Of a DNA stretch of 64,000 bases, positions 38,036 to 51,300 are shown one piece after another. The notes under the pieces were generated by a model. The model was not told the origin of the DNA, did not search any database, and saw only the letters and a list, made by a program, of their open reading frames with translations. Source of the stretch: Squalus acanthias. Its lineage: Eukaryota. A program made the translations under genes and the position numbers. Numbering within the stretch: the first letter of the stretch is position 1; each line of letters starts with the position of its first letter. The stretch is taken from the NCBI GenBank assembly GCA_030390025.1, contig CM059449.1, positions 13,516,001 through 13,580,000 of the forward strand, written 5' to 3'.

Positions 38036-40387
38036 TCATAGAATCATAGAAGATAGGAGCAGGAGTAGGCCATTCGGCCCCTCGAGCCTGCTCCGCCATT
38101 CAATGCGATCATGGCTGATCATCCAAATTCAGTACCCTGTCCCTGCTTTCTCCCCATATCCCTTGATCCCTTTAGCCTTAAGAAATATATCCAACTCCTT
38201 CTTGAATCTATTTAATGAATTGGCCTCTACTGCCTTCTGTGGCAGAGAATTCCACAGGTTCACCACTCTCTGGGTGAAGAAATTCCTCCTCATTTCTGTC
38301 CTAAATGGCTTACCCCTTCCCTTAGACTGTGACCCCTGGTTCTGGACTCTCCGACCATCGGGAACATCCTTCCTGCATCTAGTTTGTCCTGTCCTGTCAG
38401 AATTTTATAAGTTTCAATGAGATCCCCTCTCATTCTTCTAAACTCCAGCGAGTATAAGCCCAATCGACCCAATCTCTCTTCATACGTCATTCCTGCCATC
38501 CCAGATATCAGCCTTGTGAATCTTCGCTGAACTCCTTCCATGGCAAGAACATCCTTCCTCAGTTAAGGCGACCAAAACTGCACACAGTACTCAAGGTGTG
38601 GTCTCACCAAGGCCCTCTACAACTGCAGCAAGACATCCTTGTTCCTGTACTCAAACCCTCTCGCTATGAAGGCCAACATACCATTTCCCTTCTTAACCAC
38701 CTGCTGCACCTGCATGCTTACCTTCAGCGACAAGGACACCCAGGTCTCATTGCACTTCCCCTTCTCCCAATCTATTGCCATTCAGATAATAATCTGCCGT
38801 TCTGTTTTTGACACCAAAGTGGATAACCTCGCATTTTTCCACGTTATATTGCTTCTGCCATGCTTCTGCCAAATCACCCAACCTGTCCAAATCATCCTGG
38901 GGTTTCTTGGCATCCTCCTCGCAGCACACACGCCCACCCAGTTTTGTGTCGTCTGCAAACTTGGAGATATTACATCTAGTTCCCTTGTCTAGATCATTAA
39001 CATATATTGTGAATAGCTGGGGTCCAAGGACCGATCCCTGTGGTACCCCACTAGTCACTGCCTGCCACTCGGAAAAAGACCCGTTTATTCCAAGTCTTTG
39101 CTTTCTGTCTGCCAACCAGTTCTCTATCCAAGTCAATACCTTGCCCCCAATCCCATGTGACTTAACTTTACACGCTAATCTCTTATGCGGGACCTTATCA
39201 AAAGCCTTTTGGAAGTCCAAATACACCACATCCACTGGTTCTCCCTTATCTATTTTACCAGTTACATCCTCAAAAAATTCCAGTAGATTAGTCAAGCATG
39301 ATTTACCTTTTGTAAATCCATGTTGACTTTGTCCGAACCTGTCACTGTTTTCCAAGTGCTCTGCTATTCCATCTTTTATAATGGACTCTAGCATTTTCCC
39401 CACTACCGATGTCAGGCTTACCGGTCTGTACTGCCCCGTTTTCTCTCCCACCCTTTTTGAATAGTGGGGTAACATTAGCTACCCTCCAATCCATGGGTAC
39501 TGTTCCAGATTCCATCGACTGTTGGAAGATGATCAGCAATGCATCTACTATTTCGAGGGCCACTTCCTTAAGTGCCCTAGGATATAGATTATCAGACCCT
39601 GGGGATTTATCAGCCTTCAATCCCTTCAATTTCCCTAACACCATTTCCCTACAAATTCTGATTTCTTTCAGTTCCTCCCTTTCATCAGACCCTATGTTCC
39701 CCAACATCTCTGGGAGGTTATTTGTGTCCTCCTTTGTGAAGACAGAACCAAAATATGTATTTAATTAGTCTGATATTTCTTTGTTCCCCATTATAAGTTC
39801 CCCTGATTCTGACTGCAAGGGACTTATGCTTGATTTCACTAATCTTTTTCTCTTCACATAGCTATAAAAGCTTTTACAGTCAGTTTTTATGTTCCCTGCA
39901 AGCTTACTCTCATATTCTATTTTCCCCTTCTTAATTAATCCCTTTGTCCTCCTTTGTTGAATCTTAAACTGCTCCCAATCCTCAGGGTTAATGATTTTTC
40001 TGGCCAATTTATATGCCCTCTCCTTGGATCTTATGCTATCCCTAATTTCCCTTGTTATCCTCGGTTGAGTCACCCTTTTTGTTTTATTCTTATACCAAAC
40101 TGGGATGAACAAATTCTGTATTTCGTCCATGCGGTCTTTCAATGTTTGCCATTGCCTATCCACCATCAACCCTTTGAGTGACATTCCCCAATCAATCCTA
40201 CCCAACTCGCACCTCATACCTTCGTAGTTTCCTTTATTTAAATTTAGGACCCTAGTCTCTGAGTCAACTGCTTCACTTTCCATCCTAATGAAGGGGCCTC
40301 ACACAACAAGATTGCTAATTAATCCTTTCTCATTGCATAATACCCAGTCTAAGATGGCCTGATCTCTGGTTGGTTCCTCGACATATT
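38036..40387 (-). mobile_element. CR1 fragment
   Basis: Minus-strand ORFs 38290-40283 with RT motifs. Confidence 0.9.
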
Positions 40388-40674
40388 CACCTGCATAGTT
40401 TCCAAATTCCGACAAGGAAGGCTAAATGTAACTTTGGCTGGGGCGCAAAACTGATGGAAAATGTATGGCCGTCCATTATACACCTCGGTCGCATGTCCTT
40501 TCCATTGGCTTCAATGGAAAGCAATGTCAGGCAGGGTGTGTAACTGCCGCCTATTTTGGGCCCACACAAAGCTGAATTTTGCTTCCAATAATTCGAAAAT
40601 AATTCCTGTTCTGTAAATATTCTGAAGAATTTTTCTTAGAAATGAACATGACAGAACCCAATACACAACTGAGG

Positions 40675-41112
40675 ATCTCAGTAGATAGCACTCTCGCCTC
40701 TGAGTCAGAAGGTTGTGGGTTCAAGTCCCACTCCAGGGACTTCAGCACAAAATCCAGGCTGACATTCCCAGTGCCAGTACTGAGGGAGTGCTGCACTGTC
40801 TTTTGGACGAGACGTTAAACCGAGGCCCTGTCTGCTCTCTCAGGTGGACATAAAAGATCCCATGGCACTATTTCGAAGAAGAGCTGGGGCATTATCCCTG
40901 GTGTCCTGGCCAATATTAATCCCTCAATCAACATCACGAAAATGATCTCATCAATATCTCATTGCGGTTTGTGGGAGCTTGCTGTGCGCAGATTGACTGC
41001 CGTGTTTCCCATATTACAACAGTGACTACACTTCAAAAAAAGTACTTCATTGGCTGTAAAGTGCGTTGGGACGTCCTGAGGTCGGGAAAGGCGCTTCAGA
41101 AATGCAAGTCTC
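40675..41112 (+). mobile_element. tRNA-derived Deu-domain SINE
   Basis: GGGTTCAAGTCCCACTCC B-box; GAGACGTTAAACCGAGGCCC..AAAGATCCCATGGCACTATTTCGAAGAAGAG core; L2-like tail. Confidence 0.75.
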
Positions 41113-41963
41113 TTATTAACCGGTGCACCAGAGCACGTATAGTATTCGTTTCTGTAGGTGACTGGGTCCTGAATTCATTGATGGCTTTGCCTGATTCAAT
41201 GAGAAATGTTCCAAGGCGGTACTAGTGCGTTTCCTTTACACCCTAACCGGAGATGACGGAGGAGATCTGTTGCCTGATACCACTCGCTGATCAATATCGT
41301 ACCTCAGACATCAACAGAACGTTGTGTGCGGGAGTTGCAATTAGAAGGTAATGGTTCTAGTCTACGTGTGAGTGTGGTGAGCATGGCAATGTAACAGTGA
41401 TAGAATACAGTGAAGGGAAATGGGAGGATTTTAACAATGCTTTTGCTTTCCTGCTACGCAAGTGCGATTCTGATCTAGGAGTGAGCTCCTTCAACTTTTC
41501 TTGCTAAATTTAATGCAAAAATGCCACATTAATGCTTAGCAAACCATACAAATTGCAATTTGTAATATTAACAAAGGAACGCTTTCGTTTGACATTCCTT
41601 TGTTCGCTATTTTAACGGAGGTTGTAAACCCGTCCCTCCATCCACTCGAGATATAATCAAAGGTTCCTTTCTGGAACCGGGGCCGTGGCTAAATAACGTG
41701 AGGGTTACAACTGAACGCTGCCTTTTCCATCAGACTAGATGCTAAATAAATGTGACCACAATCTCGAATGAATACCAACTAGGAAAGGAATTAGAATTCC
41801 AGCCCGGCACCCTCGACTGCCGCACTGTAGTCGCCGCCAGCTGAAATGATAAATGCAGGGTGAAATTTAAATGCAGCTCATATTTTTTTAACAAAATTGA
41901 ATGGATGTCTAACAAACTGATGACGAGGGACTTCTGGCTTCACCCACAGGCAGCCGCGCAACA

Positions 41964-42006
41964 ATGCGATGGGATGGGGTCGTTTGGTCTTTGCTGTTGT
42001 TCTCTG
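41964..42006 (+). CDS. NCR3/NKp30-like receptor exon 1 (signal peptide)
   Basis: acaATG (A at -3) encodes MRWDGVVWSLLLFS+G, then the donor GTGAGT. Phase 1 matches the V exon acceptor. Confidence 0.8.
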
Positions 42007-42039
42007 GTGAGTAAATAATCGACACCCAGGGTCTCTTTT

Positions 42040-42930
42040 GTACATATAGTACACAGATATTTATACACATATAGATACACATATATTTACATACGCATAC
42101 AGGTATACATATATATGCAGGTACACATATATATACACATACACACATATATATATCATATACATGCACATACATTTAAAAAAAAAATTCGTTCATGGGA
42201 TGTGGGTGTCATTGGCAAGTCCAGCATTTATTGCCCATCCCTAATTGCCCTTGAGAAGGTGGTAAGCCTGCCTTCTTGAGCCGCTGCAGTCCGCGTGGTG
42301 AAGGTGCTCCCAAAGTGCTGTTAGGGAGGGAGTTCCAGGATTTTGACCCAGCGACGATGAAGGAACGGCGATATACTTCCAAGTCAGGATGGTGTGTGAC
42401 TTGGAGGGGCACTTGGAGGTGGTGGTGTTCCCATGCGCCTGCTGCCCTTCTCCTTCTAGGTGGTAGAGTTCACGGATTTGGGAGGTGCTGCCGAAGAAGC
42501 CTTGGCGAGTTGCTGCAGTGCATCTTGTAGATGGTACACACTGCAGCCACTGTACACCGGTGGTCGAGGGAGTGAATGTTTAAGGTGGTGGATGGGGTGC
42601 CAATCAAGCGGGCTGCTTTGTCCTGGATGGTGTCGAGCTTCTTGAGTGTTGTTGGAGCTGCACTCATCCAGGCAAGTGGAGAGTAATCCATCACACTCCT
42701 GACTTGTGCCTTGTAGATGGTGGAAAGGGCTTTGGGGAGTCAGGAGGTGAGACACTCGCAGCAGAATACCTAGCCTCTGACCTGCTCTTGTTGCCACAGT
42801 ATTTATGTGGCTGGTCCAGTTAAGTTTCTGATCAATGGTGACAATGTTATACATACTTATGCAGGTACACATACATGTACACACACACACACATTTATAT
42901 ATACACATACAAATATTTAATTATATACTG
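42040..42930. repeat. (TA/CA)n microsatellite-like tract split by a LINE fragment in intron 1
   Basis: Alternating purine-pyrimidine runs at 42040-42175 and 42848-42930. Confidence 0.75.
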
Positions 42931-45299
42931 TGGAACACATCCCGTTGACATCAACTGCCTATACAATGGAATCGTAATTTTCCGAGAAACTGTTGTTAAC
43001 TGTGATGTTGTTAATGGTCGAAAGATCGGCGGCAGCGCATTCAAAAGTTTCCAATAAGCCCCCGCTGCGCGCGGTACCCCATTGTGCCTTAGGATTAGAC
43101 AAGAGTCAAGAGCGATTTGCCACAGAAAAGGAGACCGACGACTGACGCGGTCAGGCTAGTTCAGAAGCGACAAGAGTGGAGTGAATTCATCGCGCGCCCC
43201 AGCGTCGCTGCGGAGCTGACGGATGGGTATTTAGTAAAATATATAATTATTTTAAAAAACTGCACCTGACTCCATGTGGCGAAGGATCTCACGCCGACGA
43301 TCACCCCCTTTTCATAATTTCCGCTGGGTATTTCCAGGATTGTCTATTGTCATGTCAGTTTCACAGGATGGGCTGTTTCACCTTGTTTGGTGCCCACTTA
43401 TCAGTTCGCCGTGCACTCATCAAACCGTGCCAAGTGTACCAAGTTATTGACGCCACTCCCTGTTGAGTAATGCATAAAAACAAATATGCAGTTGTAGAAA
43501 GTGGGGCATAAACCGTTGACATCAACTCCCTAAAGCCGCGCTACCAGTGTAAAGGTTATTGGATGAAAAATCGGGGGTAGCGCACGGGAATTTTCCGATG
43601 CGCCCCCGTCTGCTCCACTGTGGCTCTGGGCCACAGAAACTCAATCCGACAACTCTGATACTGTCACTCTGAATGGGTGCAGTGGTCTCGTTAGTCCTCG
43701 TTAGTAATCGGATTCAAGTCCTAAAGGAACAGACTTTAAGTGACTAGACATAACTGATCTTATTCTCTCCTGGCCGGCCTCCGATCCTCTACAGTCTTCA
43801 GCTCATCCCAAACTCTGCTGCCCGTATCCTATCCAGCATCAAGCTCCCCTCACCTGATAACTCCCGAGCTCGCTGACTCACATTGTCTCCCGGTCACACA
43901 ATGCCTGAGCTCTAAAATTCTCATTCTGGTGTTTAAATCCCTTCACGGTCTCACTTCTCCCTGTCCCTGTAACTTCCTTCAGCCTTACAGCTATCCAAGA
44001 AATGTTCTTCCCTCCAACTCTGGACGCTGTACTTCCGCCACTCCGCCTCACCATTGGTGGCCGTGCCTTCAGCCGTCTTGGCCTCATGCTCTGGAATTCC
44101 TCTCCTAAAACTCGATGCCTTTCCACCTCCCCTCTCCTCCTGTAAGACCCTCCCTAAAAGCCCACCCCCTTGAGCATGCTTTTAGCACCCCCTTCTAACA
44201 TCTCCTTCTTTAGCTCCAGTCCAATTTTGTTCGATTATGCGGCGTCTTGGGGGTCTGCTTGACATTAAAGGCACCATATTTGTGCCGATTATTTTTATTG
44301 CTATTGTTGAAATGTAGAAAAGAGCTACTAGTATCAATAGACGGCGTTGTTCGCCAAACTTAGGGGGAAAACGTACTCTTCATCTCTGAAAGAAGGGGAC
44401 TGGGAGAGATTAAAAGCAGCACTGATTCTAGTTAAGGTATGACTGTCGGGCAATTAATATACAAAGACAAACTGGCAAAGGGCATGCTCTGATGTCAGGA
44501 ACCTGGACTGGCTTTCAAGATGTAGGAGAGTACAAACTCTCCAGTCATTCAAGAGATGCTGTGATGGGCTGGGTTATAAACGATGAGGTCGACGGATTCA
44601 ATAACCATTTTCACCTATATATTTATTTGGAGGTTTATGGTAACTACTATGTTACAGAAGCAAAAGGGAAAATTACAGAACAAATGTGATTTCGTTCCCT
44701 GCCATACAGCAATGTCGTAGCTACATCCACAAGGCACAATTCAGGAGTGTGATGGAATACTCTCCACTTGCCTGGATGAGTGCAGCTCCAACAACACTCA
44801 AGAAGCTCGACACCATCCAGGACAAAGCAGCCCGCTTGATTGGCACCCCATCCACCACCTTAAACATTCACTCCCTCCATCACCGTCGTACCATGGCTGC
44901 AGTGTGCACCAGCTACAAGATGCACTGCAGCAACTCGCCAAGGCTTGTTCGACAGCACCTCCCAAACCTGCGACCTCTACCACCTAGAAGGACAAGGGCA
45001 GCAGGCGTATGGGAACAGCACCACCCCCAAGTTCCCCTTCAAGTCACACACCATCCTGACTTGGAAATATATTGGCCGTTCCTTCATCGTCCCTGGGTCA
45101 AAATCCTGGAATTCCCTCCCGAACAGCACTGTGGGAGTACCTTCTCCACGGTTCAAGAAGGCGGCTCACCACCACCTTCTCAAGGGCAACTATGGATGGG
45201 CAATAAATGCTGGCCTTGCCAGCGACGCCCACATCCCAGGAACGAATAATAAAAAAATATCTTATTCTCACTCTCCCGTGCATCAGATTGTGGCTCGAG

Positions 45300-45429
45300 C
45301 GAAATAACAACAGAAAACGCTGGAAAAACTCAGCAAGCCAGGCAGCATCCGTGGAGAGAGAAACAGAGTTTTTCCAGCGTTTTCTGTTGTTATTTCGGAT
45401 TTCCAGCATCCGCAGTATTTTGCTATCGT
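45300..45429. mobile_element. Inverted Penelope pLTR fragments
   Basis: 32-bp perfect inverted arms 45300-45331 and 45366-45397; flanking duplication ATTGTGGCT(C/A)GAGCGA. Confidence 0.8.
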
Positions 45430-46411
45430 ATTGTGGCTAGAGCGAGTTGGGATCACGATTCACATACAAACTGCGTAAATATGGGCAATTTTAAGTATTG
45501 AATAGTAAAATGCTTAGCTGCATTCTGTTTCCCTATTTGCGAGTTTGCTGACATTCCAGCCTGTCCCTATATATAAAAAAAAGTTTGTTTAAACAATAGT
45601 TTGCGGCAAAGACTTAACACATCAGGGTACATTTTCAACTCGCTACCCGGAGCGTAAAACTGGAGTTGGGTTAGGCCGTCCTTTATAGAAACCGCCCGTT
45701 TTCCATCGCTTCTGAAATCGATGGATTTTTAACTTTGCACCACTTTTACGGCCTTCTTAAGTTGAAAACCTAACCCACTGAACTAGTACGATAGCAAAAT
45801 AGTGCGGATGCTGGAAATCCGAAATAACAACAGAAAACGCTGGAAAAACTCAGCAGGCCAGGCAGCATCCGTGGACTAGTGTTTGGGATCCAAGTGTAAT
45901 ATTCATGGTTCTGGGGTAGTTCAGGCAACAAGGTGGAATCGGTGAATATTTTAAAGAAACTGCTTTGACTAATTGTTTTACAACAAATACCGCTACCGCT
46001 ATTAAAGACACGCTCACTATTTATTTCCATAAATGAAGGACAGGCGCATCGGCGCTGTCCATTTTATTGGTGGATCTGACTGAGGGGCAGAAAGCAAACG
46101 CTCCTATAGACTGGAAATCTGAATTAGAAGTAGAAAATGCTGGATACACTCAGTAGGTCAGGCAATGCCGGTGGACAAGCGAAAAAGGGTAAAGTTAGTG
46201 TTTCAGCTCTGTGACCCTTCCTCTGAATACTGAAGCTTTAAACCAACCTTTATTCGTTACTTCGCAGACGCTTCCCGAACTGCTGAGGTTTTGGACCGCT
46301 GTCAGTTCTGACTCAGGGCAGAACGGATTTTTTTTGGCGTAATTTGTTGCTAACGAAAGCGTAAATAAGGTAGAGTGAGGTGACTATTAATGAGGTTATT
46401 TACAATTACAG

Positions 46412-46765
46412 GAGTTACTGTCTCCAGTGTTACAGTCAGACAAACGCCGTCTTCCGTTAGCGTTACCGAAGGTGGCACGTTGCATCTGTACTGCGATTTC
46501 ACTTTGGATACGAACCATTCAGAAACCAGGGTGGTTGGTGCCCTGACCTGGTACAAAGACACGAGAAGGTGTCAGGTCTGTAACAACTGCTCAGAATATA
46601 TCGGTCGCGTTATGCAGTCCGGCTCATCTTCATTTCGAGATTTTCAAAACGCATCTCTGGCAATCACGGAGGTGAAACCGAACGATACGGGAAGGTATTA
46701 CTGCAGCGTGTATCTTACCGTCGGTGGACAGGGCAGCGGCCAAGGGACAGAAGTCAGAGTAAACA
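46412..46765 (+). CDS. NCR3/NKp30-like receptor exon 2, single VJ-type Ig V domain
   Basis: Acceptor ttacag and donor GTAAGT; 354 nt, phase 1-1. Motifs VRQTP..V.EGG.L.L.C, GALTWYK, EYIGRV, ASLAITEVKPNDTGRYYC and GQGSGQGTEVRV match the NKp30 pattern (GSVTWFR, EFRGRL, D..IYVC, GVGTGNGTRLVV). Confidence 0.93.
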
Positions 46766-48312
46766 GTAAGTTTGCATTGTCTTCCATCTACCTTTCGATT
46801 CAGCTTTCTCCAAAACCAAGATATTGAAATGGTAACTCAGGTTAATGAAATCATTAATACATTCATGGAAATTTCCCCTGTCGGGTCTTTCCCTCAAGAT
46901 AGGTTAAATGAGGGGAGCGGGTGCAACGCTGGTATTACAACCCGACTTGATTTTACGCCCCATTAGAGTCAATGAAGTGCAATATTGGGTGGAGTGTAAA
47001 ACCGGCGTTCCACCCGATCCTGTGGGTTTCCCGCCCGGCCTCAGGTTAAAATTAACCAGGATAAGGGGTCAGACATTTCAGACGGAGATGAGGAGAAATT
47101 TCTTCACTCAGAGGGTGGTGAATCATTGGAATTCTCTACCCCAGAGGGCTGTGCATGCCCAGCTGTTGAGTATTTCAAGGCTGAGATCGAGAGATTTTTG
47201 GACTATGGGAATCAAGGGATGTGGGGAACGGACGGGAAAGTGGAGATGCGGTGGAAGATCAGCCATGATCTTATTGAATGGCGGGGCAGCCTCGAAGGGC
47301 CGAATGGCCGACTCCTGCTCCTATTTCTTATGTTCTGATGTGATTATAGTCAACATTCTGGGGGTTAATGATAACCTAACTCTCCGGGCTGGAATCCAGG
47401 GACCGGGTGGAATGGTAATGTTTGCACAGCTGCCCAATATTCCACTCCATTGACTTTATTGAAGAGTAAACTCGGGCTGGGTGTAAAGCCAGCACTCCCT
47501 CCGTTTCAGAGGTGGGGCTTAGGTTAAATTTTCTCCCTATGTATCTGTCTTTCAATTCAGTTGCGTCCAATGCAAATGTTTAAATGGACTACTAGCGGAA
47601 AAAGTCTGTAGGTAGCCAAACCGTAAATGCACTTCTGAAAGATTCCCCTGTTGGCTACTTATAGTAAAATGATCAACACATTGAATCGAAATAAGAATCA
47701 AATGTAAATCATCGGCATTGGAGCGAAAATAATTCTTAATCCCTTGTCGCGACTGAAATAGCTTTAGAATAAGAAATGTGCGTAGGATTTGCCTTATTAA
47801 TAATATTTATAGTCACATTCCCAAATTTACAGCTATCCCATAATTTATATCGGGTCCCTTTGGGGTCAACCTGGCTCCAAAATAATATGCCGAGTGATTG
47901 AAGGTCATAACTAAGTTAATCCTCTGTGACAGACTTGTAATCCACAACTTGAACCAGTCAGGTCAGCACTCCACAAGTGCACGATTGACAATTGATCAAT
48001 CAGTGATGTTCATTAATAAAAATTGGAGGGGGAGACATGTCACCAGGGATGAATATTTTCGCACACTTGGAGACAACTGAGACGAGTCAGAGGGATTCAA
48101 CAAACAAACCAACAGATATGCTGTTTTATTTAACGGCAGGCACATTGTAGAATCGTTATTTGTTGAGTAGTTAAGCGAAATTTTGCACACTAATTTCGAA
48201 CTGATGGTCAACCGATAATTATACTTTCAGCATTTGGAATTTTACCCTGACTGATGCTCGATAAATATATTTCAATGAACTCTCAGCGAAGCCACGAAGA
48301 CTGTAACAATTT

Positions 48313-51300
48313 CTCTAGAAAAGAGAAGCCTGAGGGGCGACCTGATAGAGGTCTTTAAGATTACGAGAGAGTTTGATAGGTTAGATGTAGAGAATATGTT
48401 GCCACTTGTGGGGGACACTAAAACTAGGGGCCACAAATATAAGATAATCACTAATAAATCCAATAAGGAATTCAGGAGAAACTTCTTTACCCAGAGAGTG
48501 GTTAGAATGTGGAACTCGTGGAGTGGTTGAGGCGAGTAACATAGATGCATTTAAGGGGAGTTAGAAGCGTACATGAGGGAGAAAGGAATAGAAGGATATG
48601 CAGATAGCATTAGATGAGGTACAGTTGGTGGAGGCTCGTGTTGGCCTGGACCAGTTGGGCTGAATGACCTGTTTCTGTGCTGTAAATACTGTGTAATTAC
48701 AATTTTCAGTCTTCATTGAAAATTTCTCTCATGTGAAAACTGTAGTTGCCAAACCCTCCTGTAGCGCACGACCCATGCAACTATTTGTCACCAGAATGAA
48801 ATTGATGGAAAAGACAAATCTTTCTAAAATTGCATCACCTACTTCTCTCAAGACGCAATACACGTTTCAACTAAACTCTGAAGTTTATAGAACCATAGAA
48901 GTTCACAGCACAGAAGGAGGCCATTCGGCCCATCGTGTCTGTGTCGGCCGAAAAAGAGCTAACCAGCCTAATCCCGCTTTCCAGCTCTTGGTCCATAGCC
49001 TTGTAGGTTACGGCACTTCAAGTGCATATCCAAGTGCTTTTTAAATGTGGTGAGTGTCTCTGCCTCTACCATCCTTTCAGGCAGTGAGTTCCAGACACCC
49101 CCACCACACTCTGGATGAAAGTTCTCCTCAACTCCCCTCTAACCCTTTTACCAATCACTTTAAATCTATGCCCCCTGGTTATTGACCTCTCTGCTAAGGG
49201 AAATAGAAGAATCATATCCACTCTATCTAGCCCCCTCCTAATTTTATATACCTTTAGCCTAGTCTTGTTTCCCTTCTCAGTTCCCTTCCCTGCTGCAGTT
49301 GTACAGGGCCTTGGTGAGACCACACCTTGAGTATTGTGTGCAGTTTTGGTCGCCTTATCTGAGGAAGGATGTTCTTGCCATGGAGGGAGTTTAGCGAAGA
49401 TTCACAAGGCTGATACCTGGGATGGCAGGAATGATATATGAGGAGAGATTGGGTCGATTGGGCTTATACTCGCTGGAGTATAGAAGAATGAGAGGGGCTC
49501 TCATCGAAACATATAAAATTCTGACAGGTCTGGAGAAACTAGATGCAGGAAGAATGTTCCCGATGGTCGGAGAGTCCAGAACCAGGGGTCATAATCAAAG
49601 GATAACGGGTAAGCCATTTAGGACAGAAATGAGGAAGAATTTCTTCACCCAGAGAGTGATAAACCTATGGAATTCTTTACCACAGAAGGTAGTTGAGGCC
49701 AAGTCATTAAATATATTCAAGAATAAGTTAGATATATTTCTTAAAGCTAAAGGGATCAAGGGATATGGGGAGAAGGCAGGTACAGGGTACTGAGTTTGGA
49801 TGATCAGCCATGATCTCATCGAATGGCGGAGCAGGCTCGAGGGGCCGAATGGCCTACTCCTGCTCCTATCTTCTATGTTTCTATGTTTCCTCTACGATAT
49901 AGAACTTTTTCAAACATAGGCTGCATTTCAGACATTTGAATAAACAATGATGATTTTCAACTCAGACATTTGTATCCAGTTTGTATCCCAGAAATTTCTG
50001 GGTGACCTTCATTTTCCATCTTGTTTCTTGACCAGTTTAAGATAGCTTCCGATATCTTTTGCAACGGGAAAGATCCAGAGCGAAAAAACAAAGGGTAAAC
50101 CAACAATACAGTTGCAAAGTTTGGAGAGAAGATGCAATCCCGCATGTCCATATATCAGACTGTAGAACAGTAACGGCTCCGAGATTATAACTTGAAAATC
50201 AGAACCTAATGCCAAACACTTTGCTGAACTTTAACTGTCAATAACTATACACTACATATCATGAAAAGAAAATTGTTCATTTAATGTTCCGCCTAATGAA
50301 GTAATCAACTAAAATAAACCAATTTTACCCACTACAGTTTACAACCAGTTCATGGAACATTGCTGAAATCATTTGGATAGACAATGGAGTTATTGCAAGT
50401 TGCACATTACCAACTGCTACAACATTATGATGGAATGAGTGATAAGTGTACAATGTCTATTTCACAGAAATCATAGAATCATAGAATGGTTACAACATGG
50501 AAGAAGGCCATTCGGCCCTTCGACGCCGTGCCGACTGTCAGCTAGTCCCACTCCCCCGCCCTTTCCCCGTAGCCCTGCAATTTGTCTTCCTTCAGATACT
50601 TAGCCAGCTCCCTTTTGAAAGATAAAATTGAGTCTGCCTCCACCACCATTTCAGGCAGTGCATTCCAGATCTTAACCACTCGCTGAATAAAAAAGTTTTT
50701 TCTTACGTCGCCTTTGGTTCTTTTGCCAATCACCTTAAATAGGAACAGTTTTTCTCTATCTACCCTGTCCAGACCCCTCATGATTTTGAACACCTCTATC
50801 AAATCTCCTCTCAACCTTCTCTACTCTAAGGACAACAACCCCAGCTTCTCCAATCTATCAACATAACTGAAGTCCCACATTCCTGGAATCATTCTCCTAA
50901 ATCTTTTCTGCACCCTCTCTAAGACCTTCACATCCTTCCTAAAGTGTGGTGCCCAGAATTTGACACAGTACTCCAGTTGGGGCCAAACCAGTGTTTTATA
51001 CAGGTTCATCAGAATTTCCACACTTTTGCACTCTATACCTCTATTCATGAAGCCCAGGATCCCGTAAGCCCTTTTTAACTGCTTTCTCATCCTGCCCTGC
51101 AACCTTCAACGATTTATGCACACATACCCCCTGGTCTCTATGTTCATGCACCCCCTTTAGGATTTTACCATTTAGTTTATATGTCCTCTCCTCATTCCTT
51201 CTACCAAAATGCACCTCTTCACACTTTTCTGCTTTAAATTTTATCTGCCACATGTCTGCCCATTTCACCAGCCTGTCTGTCTTCTGAAGTCTATCACTCT

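Noticed and set aside
46412-46800. Rearranging TCR/Ig V segment
   Set aside because: The J-like G strand (GQGTEVRV) is in the same exon and is followed by a splice donor; there is no CACAGTG heptamer/nonamer RSS after the V.
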